Counted from the first letter of the stretch, positions 9,273 to 19,424 are shown. The stretch is 64,000 nucleotides of DNA from an uncultured virus (IMG/VR IMGVR_UViG_3300021091_000002) (IMGVR_UViG_3300021091_000002), one strand, 5' to 3'. Notes: a model not told the origin generated them from the letters alone. A program made the numbers and translations.

Positions 9273-9791
9273 TTAACCAAACATAATGTCGCCGTACATA
9301 GCGTACTGCCAGAACAGGTCCTGGCTTTCGCTGTCCACGTCGTCTTCTATTACGTCTTTAAGCAAAGTTTGAGCCCAAACTTGATCCACGGGCAAAGACT
9401 TTAAAACTTCGATAATGTCTGGAACACTGAAAGTTTTGGTTACTTCGAAACGGGAAACGTGCCCCAACTTGCTTATAGCACGCGCCTCAATCTGACGGAC
9501 GCGCTCGCGGGTGAGATTGAATTGCTTGCCCACTTCCTCGAGGGTGCGGGGTTCGCCCCGATCGAGGCCGAAGCGAAGTTTCATGATCTCGCGCTCGAAC
9601 TCGTCGAGAGTGTTTTCTGGGTCAACCATAGTAATAGTTATGAGGCCATCTTGTCTTTCAACGCGATTAACCCAACTATACCAAGCATTGCCGGTTAACA
9701 TGTCAAAAACTTCGTTTTCATCCAAAGTTAATGTTGTTGGCAACAACAGTGTAAACATGTGTTTTTTTGTTTTCATTTTCATTTGAGTCAC
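9273..9791 (-). CDS. phage protein carrying an internal sigma-70 region 4 HTH
   Basis: [50 protein letters not shown]. Confidence 0.85.
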   Translation of the reverse strand: MTQMKMKTKKHMFTLLLPTTLTLDENEVFDMLTGNAWYSWVNRVERQDGLITITMVDPENTLDEFEREIMKLRFGLDRGEPRTLEEVGKQFNLTRERVRQIEARAISKLGHVSRFEVTKTFSVPDIIEVLKSLPVDQVWAQTLLKDVIEDDVDSESQDLFWQYAMYGDIMFG

Positions 9792-10258
9792 ATCTCTTTC
9801 TGTAGTGTGTCTGGGTTGTAACCAATGTCGATTAGAAACTCTCTGAGTCTTTTTATCTCGGCATTGAGGGCATGGTACAGGTGCTGTCTTTCGATGTTTT
9901 CAATCAACGCCACCTTTTCTAAATGTTCTGGATTACAGCAAAGCGTGTTACGGCAAAGGTGATCCAGAGTTTCTGCTTTGGTCAAACTTACATGCTTATG
10001 CTGTTCATAAGACCATCTGTGTGCTTGATAGGCTTTGTTGCCTATGTACATTCGCCCGTATCCTTTGTCTACGGTGCCTGTCCATATCCAACACCCATCA
10101 TCTGTTTTTTTGATGTTCTTCCAGAACTTATCTTCTGGAAGCTTGGATTCTTCAATTACGTGCAGAACTCCATCACGCTTTAGTTGTTTGTAATGGGCTG
10201 CACATAATCCTTTTGCTACTACCGGTTTATTGCACACCGGCCCTCTACATAGCGCCAT
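9788..10258 (-). CDS. HNH endonuclease with N-terminal zinc finger
   Basis: CWIWTG..GYG..AHRWSY..LDHLCRN..CCNPEHL. Confidence 0.9.
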   Translation of the reverse strand: MALCRGPVCNKPVVAKGLCAAHYKQLKRDGVLHVIEESKLPEDKFWKNIKKTDDGCWIWTGTVDKGYGRMYIGNKAYQAHRWSYEQHKHVSLTKAETLDHLCRNTLCCNPEHLEKVALIENIERQHLYHALNAEIKRLREFLIDIGYNPDTLQKEM

Positions 10259-10305
10259 GCGTACTCCTTACATTTGACGTCATCACGATTGCGACGGGAG
10301 CTAGT

Positions 10306-10557
10306 CTACATGTTTGCTTTTTTTTTAGCTCGTCTTTGGCGTTCCTTTGTGCGTTCTCTTGGGCATAGACCACCAAATATTCCAAATCTGTCTACCTCTT
10401 GGTTGATATTCAGTGATTCTTCCAAGCATTCTGTTTTCACTTTGCACGAGTTGCATATCTTTTTTGCTGGGCGACTTGATTGTCCTCTTTCAATAAAAAA
10501 GATTTCAATAGGTTTTCCTCTGCAAGCAGCGTGCTCTAGCCAATTTGAATTTCTCAT
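10306..10557 (-). CDS. whiB: WhiB-family transcription factor
   Basis: WLEHAACRG..FF..AKKICNSCKVKTECLE..GIFGG..RER. Confidence 0.9.
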   Translation of the reverse strand: MRNSNWLEHAACRGKPIEIFFIERGQSSRPAKKICNSCKVKTECLEESLNINQEVDRFGIFGGLCPRERTKERQRRAKKKANM

Positions 10558-10558
10558 A

Positions 10559-10768
10559 CTATACCTCTACTTTGTACAACTTTTTGAAGTCTCGCCTCAT
10601 TGGGTGCAGCGATGATTCAGTTCCATGTGTAGAATATGTCGGTCCAGAAATGTTGGGTGGGGGTGTAATTTTGTACACCCCACCCTTGTTCCTAGTAATG
10701 GAAAACCCAAGATCCTTAAGTTTCCTAAACATTTTCTTCACAGCTTTTGATTGATGTTGTGTGACCAT
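10559..10768 (-). CDS. HicA-like (dsRBD-fold) small basic protein
   Basis: KKMFRKLKDLGFSITRNKGGVYKITPP pattern; the usual catalytic GxH is absent. Confidence 0.45.
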   Translation of the reverse strand: MVTQHQSKAVKKMFRKLKDLGFSITRNKGGVYKITPPPNISGPTYSTHGTESSLHPMRRDFKKLYKVEV

Positions 10769-10799
10769 GAGAGCACTCTATCGTAGGCGGATTATTCCG

Positions 10800-11402
10800 T
10801 CAACTATCGTCTTTTCCTGTTAGAAGCGCAAACCCAGTTTGGATGTTTTTGTCCACCATGTCTACCAATTCCCGAGTCTTAATTGTTTGAGGAAGAAGAT
10901 CGAAAGCCAACTTGTTAGACAACAACAGAACTGCGTCACCCAAAGTTCCGTTACTACGCGTCAACTTGTAAGGTTTCATGAGTAGCACTCGTTCATTATT
11001 GTCCCACACAACCACTTCAACAGAACCGGGGCCGTCGCTTAACAGGCAAACGTAAATCGTACGCATCTCTCCCATACCCATATTCATGCCTTTGCCAGGA
11101 GCAATCACACCAAACCGTTGGTAACTAAGCATTCCAGGGTTTACACAAATGTGTGCGATAAGTTCTTGGATAGTTTCAAACTTATCACCAATTTCGTAGT
11201 GTCTTGCCAAAGCACCTTCGTCGTCTATCTCTAAAACACAGGGGTCAACACTGTCGAACAACATCGAACGGTTGGGCAACCTGTTTGACAGTTTGTCAAG
11301 AAGATTCACTAACGAAAGAACGCTTATACCACTTGGGGATTCAATGAATCCCTCTGTCTCTCCGTCTTCGTTTTCATAGACGAAAGATGTTAATTCATCC
11401 AT
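10800..11402 (-). CDS. hypothetical protein
   Basis: 200 aa, SD GGAGG. Confidence 0.7.
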   Translation of the reverse strand: MDELTSFVYENEDGETEGFIESPSGISVLSLVNLLDKLSNRLPNRSMLFDSVDPCVLEIDDEGALARHYEIGDKFETIQELIAHICVNPGMLSYQRFGVIAPGKGMNMGMGEMRTIYVCLLSDGPGSVEVVVWDNNERVLLMKPYKLTRSNGTLGDAVLLLSNKLAFDLLPQTIKTRELVDMVDKNIQTGFALLTGKDDS

Positions 11403-11571
11403 TTGAAATTTCCTCCGTATCTAGTAGTGCGTTTACAATGTTTCTTATGTCCCAAAGCCTGTCGGTCAGTCTAGCCGCTGACACAAAATGATGGCCGGCA
11501 GTGGTACTCAGTGTGTTATCGATTTCTGAGATGACCTTGCACAGCTCTTGGTGCAATTGTTTTTTGTTCAC
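11395..11571 (-). CDS. small hypothetical protein (58 aa, not in the ORF track)
   Basis: GTG start overlapping upstream stop; MNKKQLHQELCKVISEID...; fills the gap exactly. Confidence 0.65.
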   Translation of the reverse strand: MNKKQLHQELCKVISEIDNTLSTTAGHHFVSAARLTDRLWDIRNIVNALLDTEEISNG

Positions 11572-12152
11572 TTGTCCTCTTCTTCACTGTTTGTTCCAAA
11601 GATAGCATCGAACGTTTTAAACACATTGTCAAGCTCGCTTGTCTGCATCAAGTATTCCATGCGCCCGACTTCTGCATCCATCTGGCGCTTTTTAGCGTGA
11701 CGCTCTTTAAGCATTCGTGCCATGTCTTCGGCTAGTTCCATGACCTCTTCATCGACAATTTCATTCTCAAAACTATTATCGACTTCTTGCTCTCTACGCA
11801 ACAGTTCCTCGTAGCGTTCACGGGCAAACTGACGAGCGGCTTCTGGGTCGTCACGGAATTCCCGGTCCACCGCAATAACTTGCCCGAAACGGGCTGCAAC
11901 ACCCGTTTCTTCAGGGCATAACCCCGTCTGTCGTTGCAACTCCTCGATGAACAGATCCATTTCATTTGCCATGATTTCTGCATCTCTGTGGTCGTGCATG
12001 TATCTGCCCATCAGACGCTCGGTGAAATGGGACGTAATGAGGTACATCCACACCAAGTCGTGTCCGGTTCTCATGTGTTGCCACTCTTCGGGGGTTGCTG
12101 GTGAAGTCCCAAACTGTTCAAATACTTCGTAATAATCAAACATCTCTTTCAT
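11568..12152 (-). CDS. acidic helical hypothetical protein
   Basis: 194 aa, SD AAGGAG. Confidence 0.7.
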   Translation of the reverse strand: MKEMFDYYEVFEQFGTSPATPEEWQHMRTGHDLVWMYLITSHFTERLMGRYMHDHRDAEIMANEMDLFIEELQRQTGLCPEETGVAARFGQVIAVDREFRDDPEAARQFARERYEELLRREQEVDNSFENEIVDEEVMELAEDMARMLKERHAKKRQMDAEVGRMEYLMQTSELDNVFKTFDAIFGTNSEEEDK

Positions 12153-12160
12153 TCTCCTTC

Positions 12161-12526
12161 TTATTTGACTCTGATTTGCTTGTATTCGGTTTTCTTTGTC
12201 ACTTTGTCAACCACTTCTGGTTTGATAGCGCCCATTTTGATCGCGGCATCCATCAACTGCGTATCAACGGTTGGTTTAGTAACCTTGTTGAACACTGAAG
12301 CACTAACCAAGTCTTTGAGCATTTGCGCGTCGAAAGACCGTCTAGCAGGTGTGGACAGCTCAATCGTTACTTCGTCCAGAGTTACAGTTGTAATTCCAGA
12401 TTCATGCATCATGTCTTTCAAAATCTCGTCCAAGACTTTGAAATGTCTTTCAGCACTCTCTAACTCATCTTTGAGTTTGAGCCAATTTTGTGCTGCTTCT
12501 TTGATTACTTCGTGTATTGCTGACAT
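12161..12526 (-). CDS. coiled-coil plus beta-strand phage protein (Gam/Gp157-like architecture)
   Basis: N-terminal coiled coil, RRSFD...TKPTVD...QIRVK. Confidence 0.5.
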   Translation of the reverse strand: MSAIHEVIKEAAQNWLKLKDELESAERHFKVLDEILKDMMHESGITTVTLDEVTIELSTPARRSFDAQMLKDLVSASVFNKVTKPTVDTQLMDAAIKMGAIKPEVVDKVTKKTEYKQIRVK

Positions 12527-12528
12527 GC

Positions 12529-13989
12529 TTATTTTCGCTTTCTGTACGAGTCCAGGACTCCGTTTTGTATTTGTTCTAGCAATACCTCTCCTTGCCCGTC
12601 AATTAGAATGCCGGTAGAAAAGGCTTTTTCTTCAAGGACACTCCACAATCTTTCATCGATCGTCTCGCATCCTTCGATGTGGCACAGAGGTATGGTTATG
12701 TGTACATCAACTGTTTGTGATATACGGTGTAACCTATCTTCTGCTTGTTTCAGTGAGGCAGGATTCCAAGGTAACTGGGCAATGACACCACGATAGTTTT
12801 GGTTTACACCATTACCAGTAAGTGTTAGCCCAGTACCAGCTGAGATAATCTGCCCAACCATTACTCGTGAAGCACCACTGTTGAAGTCGTTGACCGCTGC
12901 TTTCTTAGCGCCATCTGACATACCACCCCGTACTTCACAGGGATTGTACTTAAATAACCCAGCAGTAAGGGCATTCATTGTGTCTACGTGCTCGGCAACA
13001 ATGAACATTCCCCCCGGCTCGTTGTCAAGTATCTCCGATACATGTTTAATAATGGCATTTGTTTTTGCTCTACCAACATGTTTTCGCAGATAACCCAGTT
13101 GAACCAAAGCGTACGCCCTTTCTGCTCCCGTAGTGTTTCTGTTTATTGACTCAAGCCACGCAATAAGATCGTTATGTACATCCATGTAATCTTGCACTGC
13201 GTGGCCAGAGCCTTCCAAAGCAATGGTCGCCCGAAACTTAGTAGGAAGGTCAATTACCTCGTCTCTTTTACGTCTGAACATAAAAGAGCCATGCATACGG
13301 TTTTTAAGGTCTAGGTCATTGGTTGATACTCTACCAACTTTTCGACCGTTTACTGTTTTACCAGACCACGGTGCGTAGTGTTGATAGAAATGACCAATAC
13401 CACCTATTCCTGTCCATGCTTTAGAACCCAGGAAATCTATCTGAGATACTAGTTCTATGTTTCTACCGTTTGGAGCGGGCGTACCACTCATTAGCACTTT
13501 AACCGCATCACTTGGCAGATAGTTACTTATGCTTATCAAAGCCTTGGTGCGCTTTGATGGATTTTTGAAGAAATGTGCCTCATCAACTATGATTGCATCT
13601 ATTTCTCCCATAAGAGCTACTGACCAGTGAGTTAGAACTGCGTTACCGATGATGTAAACATCTGCATCAGGGAGTATGTGCACAGACTGACCTCTGAGCA
13701 CAGCAGTCTTTAGGTTAGGGTTGAATTTGCTTATCTCGCTAACCCAGTTCCACACCAAACTTGGTGGAACTACAATTAGTACTTTCTTGCGCTCTTGTTC
13801 AACTATGGCAGACGCCACAGCAATGGCTATTGCTGTTTTACCTAAACCCATATCTAACGCAAGATAAGACTGCTTTTTAGAAACAGCCCATTCAAACGCT
13901 TCGATTTGGTAGTCGTACAGGCTCATGTTGAGCGATGGTAAAACTAGTTGGTTGGACGGCGGCACGATTGCCGACCTAGGCTGTCTCAT
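12529..13989 (-). CDS. SNF2-family helicase
   Basis: DMGLGKT, DEAH, SGTP, GTGLTL, WNP..QAEDRLHR. Confidence 0.92.
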   Translation of the reverse strand: MRQPRSAIVPPSNQLVLPSLNMSLYDYQIEAFEWAVSKKQSYLALDMGLGKTAIAIAVASAIVEQERKKVLIVVPPSLVWNWVSEISKFNPNLKTAVLRGQSVHILPDADVYIIGNAVLTHWSVALMGEIDAIIVDEAHFFKNPSKRTKALISISNYLPSDAVKVLMSGTPAPNGRNIELVSQIDFLGSKAWTGIGGIGHFYQHYAPWSGKTVNGRKVGRVSTNDLDLKNRMHGSFMFRRKRDEVIDLPTKFRATIALEGSGHAVQDYMDVHNDLIAWLESINRNTTGAERAYALVQLGYLRKHVGRAKTNAIIKHVSEILDNEPGGMFIVAEHVDTMNALTAGLFKYNPCEVRGGMSDGAKKAAVNDFNSGASRVMVGQIISAGTGLTLTGNGVNQNYRGVIAQLPWNPASLKQAEDRLHRISQTVDVHITIPLCHIEGCETIDERLWSVLEEKAFSTGILIDGQGEVLLEQIQNGVLDSYRKRK

Positions 13990-14258
13990 TATTCACCTGG
14001 CGCATAAAGTATGTTGTCGTTTTCGTCTGCGAATATAAGGTTCTCTGGATTCATTGGATGGTTCCAGTCACACCCAAAGTCCTCGCTTGCCCATGTTGCC
14101 ACAACGTTTATAACGTCATCTATCGTTGGTTCTGGGTAATCCCCAAACTCCTGAAGAATGTTTAGCGCGTCCTCTACGGAGTAACTAATAATTCGCATGA
14201 CGTTGATTACTTTGGGAAGTTCAAGTTCTTCTACATCAGATACTTCTGACCATTCCAT
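13989..14258 (-). CDS. acidic hypothetical protein
   Basis: SD AGGAGG, TAATG coupling. Confidence 0.65.
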   Translation of the reverse strand: MEWSEVSDVEELELPKVINVMRIISYSVEDALNILQEFGDYPEPTIDDVINVVATWASEDFGCDWNHPMNPENLIFADENDNILYAPGE

Positions 14259-14266
14259 GTTTCCTC

Positions 14267-16612
14267 CTATGCTAGGAAAGTTGCTAGGGCTTTCTCAACT
14301 TTATTCGGTAACTTTGCCACATCATTGATGGTTAAAGCTACGTTAGCACCCTTACCTTCTACGTAGGTGCCGGCATATATGCCGTCTCCTAGAGCAATCA
14401 GTATCCAGTACTGTCCTGGGCTGGTAAAAGGCTTTATTGACTTCACATCAGACCACGCACCGTCTGTCAACACGACAACCAGTTGTTGATCTTTACCTGC
14501 TCTTTGGTTTTCAACTTGCTTCAAAGCAGCTCGAGGGTTTGTACCCCCACCGTCGTGAATGTGCAATGGGTGCACATCTTCGTCGCTAGGGTAAAGCATA
14601 TAGGCGTCCGTGTCGAATGTTGAAACAGTGCAAGGAATTCCCAGGCTATCACACGCACTACGAATACCGTACGCTGCAACCGAAAGTTCATCCATCCACG
14701 CGTCCATCGATCCAGACGTGTCTAGCAACACAGACACAGAAAGGTTGTGTCCCGTTGAGCCTTCACCTTCGTAGTCAATCCAGTAGTCACTGTCACCCGG
14801 TTCGTGAGTTTTGTAAGCTATCGGGTCCAAGACACCGGTTTCCTGTCGGAATCGCCACGCAGGGTCAGCGGCTACAGCCAGAGGAGCAAGCGCGCTCAAC
14901 ATATCGTTGGCAACCTTTTTTGCTTTGTTAATCAACTTGGTGTCCATTACCGATGTTGCTTGAGTTCTAATGAGAGGTTTTGACAGTTGAATGTTCACAT
15001 CGCTCATGAACTGTTCGGCTTCTTGTAAGGTGGACAAACCTCTTGTTGACTCAAAGATTCTGTTTTTGAGTTTATTGCGCAGACCCTCGTAGTCTACATT
15101 GTGTTTGATGTCGTTGACTGTACCGCCAGTACCACGAGCCCCAGCATTACGGTCAACCGATGTGCTATTCACACCTTCGTCGTTTCCTGTTGTTTGGCTG
15201 AGACGAGGTGTGGTTGAGTGGTGGTTACCGTCACCACCACTACCGTCAACCTTTTCGCCGCCCTGCGGGTCGCCAGAACTTGGCATCGGTCTTTTGTTGA
15301 CAGGCTTAGCGTTTATTTCCTCGTCTTCAAAACGGGGTTTCTCTTGTACAACAACCTCCTTGCCTGTGCCGCCGTCCCAATATGGGTGAGTACCAGGTGT
15401 GGATGCGCCTCTGGGATTTTGAGAAGTATCACTTTTTTGTCCCGTTCGGTTGGGGTGTCCTCCGCGACCGGGTGGTACACGCGGTGCAACTTCTTCACCG
15501 GAAGACCACTTGTGTAGGAAATTTGCAAACTGCCACGAAGCCACAACCACCTCAGTAGGTGTTGTAGCTTTTCTAAAGTTTTGCACCAACTTCTCACACT
15601 CGTCGATCTCCGTAAGTGATCTACCACATACCGTAAGGTAATCAACAGCAAGTTCTCTGATCAGGTAATACACGTCATCCGAAAGGTGCGAACGAGCGGC
15701 TACCATTGGCCACGTTGCACCCGGGTGTCTGGATGGTTCGACGATCAATTTGAGAGTCACTGCTTCCAAATAACCAGCCATTGTTGGCGTATTACGAACC
15801 AATGTATCTTCCATACGCCCGTCCTCTAGAGCGTTCCATGCTGGTCTGATCCAGTCTTTAACTTTAGTGAATTGGTGTTGATGCAAACTCAAACCAGCTT
15901 TAAGTAAGTTCACTTCTTCTAACGTGTCGGTTGAAGAAATTGCCTTATCTGTTGGCAACTCCATACTCACGTATGGGGATTTGAAGTTTACTTCGTCATC
16001 CAAATAAGCTGGGTAATTGTTTTTCATGCTTTCAACCCCACGCCCATCTGAATAGCGGTTGAAGACAATCGGTTCAACGTTGTTGTCCATCAATGCACAA
16101 TCAAACAACGTGTCAAATGCAAGCGTGTGGAGTATGTGACCACCTTCGTGATACACCACACCCTTGACAGCCAGCAAAATATCTGCAACCGATTCCATGT
16201 TTTGGAAGTCAACTTTATGTAGGTTGATCATTATCTCGATGTCTTTGTAGTTAGTACACGCCAAGACAGGAGTATCAATAGAAGTGTCTTCTTTAATCGT
16301 CACATTTGGATTGACGCCAAATGATGTAAGAACTGCCTGCGCGCGTTGTCCAAGGACATACGCAAGAGCAGCGCTCTGTCTGCGCCACAGTGCGTGTGCC
16401 TCATGCCCCAGTCCTCCCAGTGGGCCATGCAATCCTTGGCGAAACACAGACGGCTGGTACAGGGCCGAGGTGTAATCGTCGTGAGCAATCATTGACAACA
16501 CCGACTCACGATGAGTTTCTTCAATGCGCTTACGTTCTCTGTTGGCTGATGCTCTCTCGGCATTTCTGCGCTTGAGAATCTCAGGATCTAGTTTTGGTTT
16601 TTTGGTAACCAT
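14267..16612 (-). CDS. vWA-domain protein with N-terminal HExxH metallopeptidase-like domain (CobT-like partner)
   Basis: HEGGH, NALEDGRME, DTSGSM MIDAS, GGT, LTDG. Confidence 0.85.
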   Translation of the reverse strand: MVTKKPKLDPEILKRRNAERASANRERKRIEETHRESVLSMIAHDDYTSALYQPSVFRQGLHGPLGGLGHEAHALWRRQSAALAYVLGQRAQAVLTSFGVNPNVTIKEDTSIDTPVLACTNYKDIEIMINLHKVDFQNMESVADILLAVKGVVYHEGGHILHTLAFDTLFDCALMDNNVEPIVFNRYSDGRGVESMKNNYPAYLDDEVNFKSPYVSMELPTDKAISSTDTLEEVNLLKAGLSLHQHQFTKVKDWIRPAWNALEDGRMEDTLVRNTPTMAGYLEAVTLKLIVEPSRHPGATWPMVAARSHLSDDVYYLIRELAVDYLTVCGRSLTEIDECEKLVQNFRKATTPTEVVVASWQFANFLHKWSSGEEVAPRVPPGRGGHPNRTGQKSDTSQNPRGASTPGTHPYWDGGTGKEVVVQEKPRFEDEEINAKPVNKRPMPSSGDPQGGEKVDGSGGDGNHHSTTPRLSQTTGNDEGVNSTSVDRNAGARGTGGTVNDIKHNVDYEGLRNKLKNRIFESTRGLSTLQEAEQFMSDVNIQLSKPLIRTQATSVMDTKLINKAKKVANDMLSALAPLAVAADPAWRFRQETGVLDPIAYKTHEPGDSDYWIDYEGEGSTGHNLSVSVLLDTSGSMDAWMDELSVAAYGIRSACDSLGIPCTVSTFDTDAYMLYPSDEDVHPLHIHDGGGTNPRAALKQVENQRAGKDQQLVVVLTDGAWSDVKSIKPFTSPGQYWILIALGDGIYAGTYVEGKGANVALTINDVAKLPNKVEKALATFLA

Positions 16613-16687
16613 GCTTATACCTCTTTTGTTGTTTTAGGGGATTCGGGTTTACTACTTCAAATGACGCAAGTACTTGGTGGGGTAAAA

Positions 16688-17968
16688 TCATTCTGGTGCC
16701 AGAGGGTGCTCCACGTCGGGCACGGCGGGTTCTTCAGGCTGAGGCTCAAACTCAGCACGAAGCATGTCTTCGATGCCACGGTCCTTGATGATTTCGGATA
16801 CCACGATCTTCTCGTTTTGAGAGACGAACTGTCCCATGAACGCCCACAAGCTGAAGTCAACTCCAAGATGAACCAAGTCGCCTTCAAGCAACTGCAACGA
16901 TTTGGTACCGATTGGAGTGGTTATACTACGTTGTGCGCGAGCGTTACGCAATGCCTGACCAAGCAAACGTATAGCAGGAGACTTGATCAGTTTCTTTTCC
17001 ACTTCTTCATCGTAATTCCATTCCAACAACTTGAAGCGGTTGGCAAAGGCTTCGTTCGTCTTGGACATGCCAGCATAACCGGGATTCCATGAGGAAAGAA
17101 TCCACAAGTTTTTGTTGGCATGTACGATTTCGGGACGGAACGAACCCTCATGGGTTTCCACTCCAGTAACCGGATCGGTGAACACTCGTCCGTCCCACAC
17201 CGGCTTGCGGATGTTGACGAACTGGTGACGGTTGTCTAGCAACGGGTGGATCGCAGCGGTAACAGCACCGCTCATTGCGTTCACCTCGTCAAGGTACAAG
17301 ATACCGCCGATACGTACCGCTAAGGCAACAATGCCCTCCATCCACACCAACTGCTCCTGACCATTGGCAACCACTGGTCGGTACTGGCCAAAGAGGTCAT
17401 GGTCGGTGATTGCTGACGAACCGGCAAGAGTAAAAACCGGTAACGGTTTGCTAAGTCCCAACTGCTGTGCCACCTTGAATGCCATAACTTGAGTTAAGTA
17501 TGTCTTACCTGACTGAGTGTCGCCCACTAGGGCGATAGACACCGGATACCCGTCGTTCTCGTCACGACGATTGAAGTATTTCATCATCACGTCGATATCG
17601 GTGAGGTTTCCTGCAAGAGTACGGGATACGTAGTTCTTGGGGTCGATGTTCGGTCGGAACGGATCGAGCGCCGGATCATCCAACGACTCGATTCGCAGGT
17701 TGCTGACTATCACCGCGTGCTGGTGCTGAGGGACATTGGACGCGGCGGCGTTTGGGACGTTGGAACGTCCCAAGATAACAATGCCTTTGGGCAGTATCTC
17801 AACGACGCCCAGCATAGGCTCATCGAACGTCACTTCGATTTTGCTGCCGGGGCCACCAGGCACCAACGTTGCTCGGGTGATTGTTCCTTCGGCATTCTTG
17901 AACGGCGGGTACTTACCCATCACTCTCATGCCTTCTTTTAATTCTTTGGTACTTGCCATTCTTACCAT
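16688..17968 (-). CDS. MoxR/CbbQ/CobS-like AAA+ ATPase
   Basis: GDTQSGKT, LYLDEVN, NPGYAG...NEAFANRF. Confidence 0.88.
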   Translation of the reverse strand: MVRMASTKELKEGMRVMGKYPPFKNAEGTITRATLVPGGPGSKIEVTFDEPMLGVVEILPKGIVILGRSNVPNAAASNVPQHQHAVIVSNLRIESLDDPALDPFRPNIDPKNYVSRTLAGNLTDIDVMMKYFNRRDENDGYPVSIALVGDTQSGKTYLTQVMAFKVAQQLGLSKPLPVFTLAGSSAITDHDLFGQYRPVVANGQEQLVWMEGIVALAVRIGGILYLDEVNAMSGAVTAAIHPLLDNRHQFVNIRKPVWDGRVFTDPVTGVETHEGSFRPEIVHANKNLWILSSWNPGYAGMSKTNEAFANRFKLLEWNYDEEVEKKLIKSPAIRLLGQALRNARAQRSITTPIGTKSLQLLEGDLVHLGVDFSLWAFMGQFVSQNEKIVVSEIIKDRGIEDMLRAEFEPQPEEPAVPDVEHPLAPE

Positions 17969-18035
17969 TCCTTGTCTCGTGTTGTTTTACCTTGTATAAC
18001 AACCCACAAACTCATGGGAGATGCGGGGATCTTGA

Positions 18036-18051
18036 TGTGACAGAAGTCACA
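18036..18051. promoter_or_regulatory. perfect CRP/GlxR-like palindrome upstream of the AAA ATPase operon
   Basis: TGTGA-cagaag-TCACA, intergenic. Confidence 0.55.
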
Positions 18052-18052
18052 G

Positions 18053-18253
18053 TCACTTGGGATTCATGTACGATTTGTTAGCAGTGACAAGGTTGTCATC
18101 TGCTGAACAAATTATGGGGGTGCTCTTATGCACACCGAGTATAAAATACTCGGCTTGTTTGTACCCTAACTTATAGCACTCAGGGGCCAAACAATAATCA
18201 TAAGGGCGTTCACTTGGCATTTCTGCGTTACAGAACGCACAAAGTTTTGTCAT
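18053..18253 (-). CDS. small Cys-rich protein
   Basis: CAFC...CLAPEC. Confidence 0.65.
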   Translation of the reverse strand: MTKLCAFCNAEMPSERPYDYCLAPECYKLGYKQAEYFILGVHKSTPIICSADDNLVTANKSYMNPK

Positions 18254-18259
18254 TGGTAA

Positions 18260-18511
18260 TCACTCCTCTTCTAAAAGCCAGTAATCGTTTATGAACTCCA
18301 TAGAGTCTTCCAATTGAGACAACACAACTAGCAGTTGAACCAAGTGTCTAACGATTACGTATTGATCAGTGTATTCAATGGTGTCTGAACTAAACCAACA
18401 CTTGGTTGGTGTTGCCTCTCCATTGAATTCGATTGTCACGGTTGTGCCGTGTTCAATCTTTCTTAAGACTAACAACAGCCTGATGTCGCTGTTTAACGCT
18501 ATGGCTATCAT
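18260..18511 (-). CDS. hypothetical protein
   Basis: SD GGAG. Confidence 0.6.
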   Translation of the reverse strand: MIAIALNSDIRLLLVLRKIEHGTTVTIEFNGEATPTKCWFSSDTIEYTDQYVIVRHLVQLLVVLSQLEDSMEFINDYWLLEEE

Positions 18512-18528
18512 TTGTTCTCCAATTCATT

Positions 18529-18936
18529 TCATTGATCTCTCCGAACCGCGTTCTCGAACTCTTCTTTGAGTTTGAGCCAATCAAACACCCAATCGGGGCA
18601 GTCGGTCGTGTCGCCGTTCTCGTCAACCGGTCCCTGAACGACCACGGTTCCAACAAGACGGTCGCCAGCCTCAACGCAACCGTACTCATCAACAGCAGCC
18701 CAAAGCTCAGTCGCCGTTTTGTTGAACGGCAGCCCGAGCAACTTGCCTTCCTCATTACACCAAATCGTCAGCGAGGTGTCGCTGTCGGCAGAGGCGGCCC
18801 AGTAGTCCGGTTTGACGGGCACAAGTTCAATCAATCCGCCAATTGCGTTGCTCAACGGCTCGTAGCCATCCAGTGTTTCTGGCTCAATTGACTCAAAGCC
18901 TTCGTCACTCACTCGTATCACGATTGATCTCGTCAT
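18529..18936 (-). CDS. DUF3846-family protein
   Basis: IGGLIE..WCNEEGKLLGLPFN..AT..LVGTVVV.G. Confidence 0.8.
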   Translation of the reverse strand: MTRSIVIRVSDEGFESIEPETLDGYEPLSNAIGGLIELVPVKPDYWAASADSDTSLTIWCNEEGKLLGLPFNKTATELWAAVDEYGCVEAGDRLVGTVVVQGPVDENGDTTDCPDWVFDWLKLKEEFENAVRRDQ

Positions 18937-18937
18937 T

Positions 18938-19189
18938 TCATTCCTTCCCTTCCTGTGGTTCAGGAGGATTGATTGGGTGGCGCATATCAAAACGATCTAT
19001 TTTGCGCAATTCTGATGCTTTTCGCATCAGCCAGTTCCGGGTTCCACGACGGGTAAGTCCGTCGTAGGACCAACATTGGTGCCACTGAGACTTTATACCA
19101 GTAACATCCACTGTTCTCATATACAGGCGTCCTCGGTGTCGAAACGCGCGTATTTTTACTACGCTGTGCTTGTATTGATTAGCTTTCAT
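18938..19189 (-). CDS. basic hypothetical protein
   Basis: MKANQY start after GGGAG. Confidence 0.55.
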   Translation of the reverse strand: MKANQYKHSVVKIRAFRHRGRLYMRTVDVTGIKSQWHQCWSYDGLTRRGTRNWLMRKASELRKIDRFDMRHPINPPEPQEGKE

Positions 19190-19424
19190 TGCTTGTCTCC
19201 CATTCTGTCCAAGTAACGGACTCTGTTGCTTTTGCTCCAAATTTCTCCATGGAATCACGGACGATGTTTTCAACATGCATCTCAAAGAGATAGTCTTCTA
19301 CATCTTCTAAACTAAGTGATGCTGACACCTCGTCGATAACTTTCTGAGTCGGTGCATACCCCTCTGGAAGATAGATTCCTTCGTCAACCTCCCAGGTTAC
19401 TGTCACTGTCACTAGTTTCTTCAC
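19179..19424 (-). CDS. hypothetical protein
   Basis: GTG start after AAGGAG. Confidence 0.55.
   Translation of the reverse strand: MKKLVTVTVTWEVDEGIYLPEGYAPTQKVIDEVSASLSLEDVEDYLFEMHVENIVRDSMEKFGAKATESVTWTEWETSNES

Noticed and set aside
9273..9791. Complete phage sigma factor
   Set aside because: Region 2 is absent; only region 4 is present
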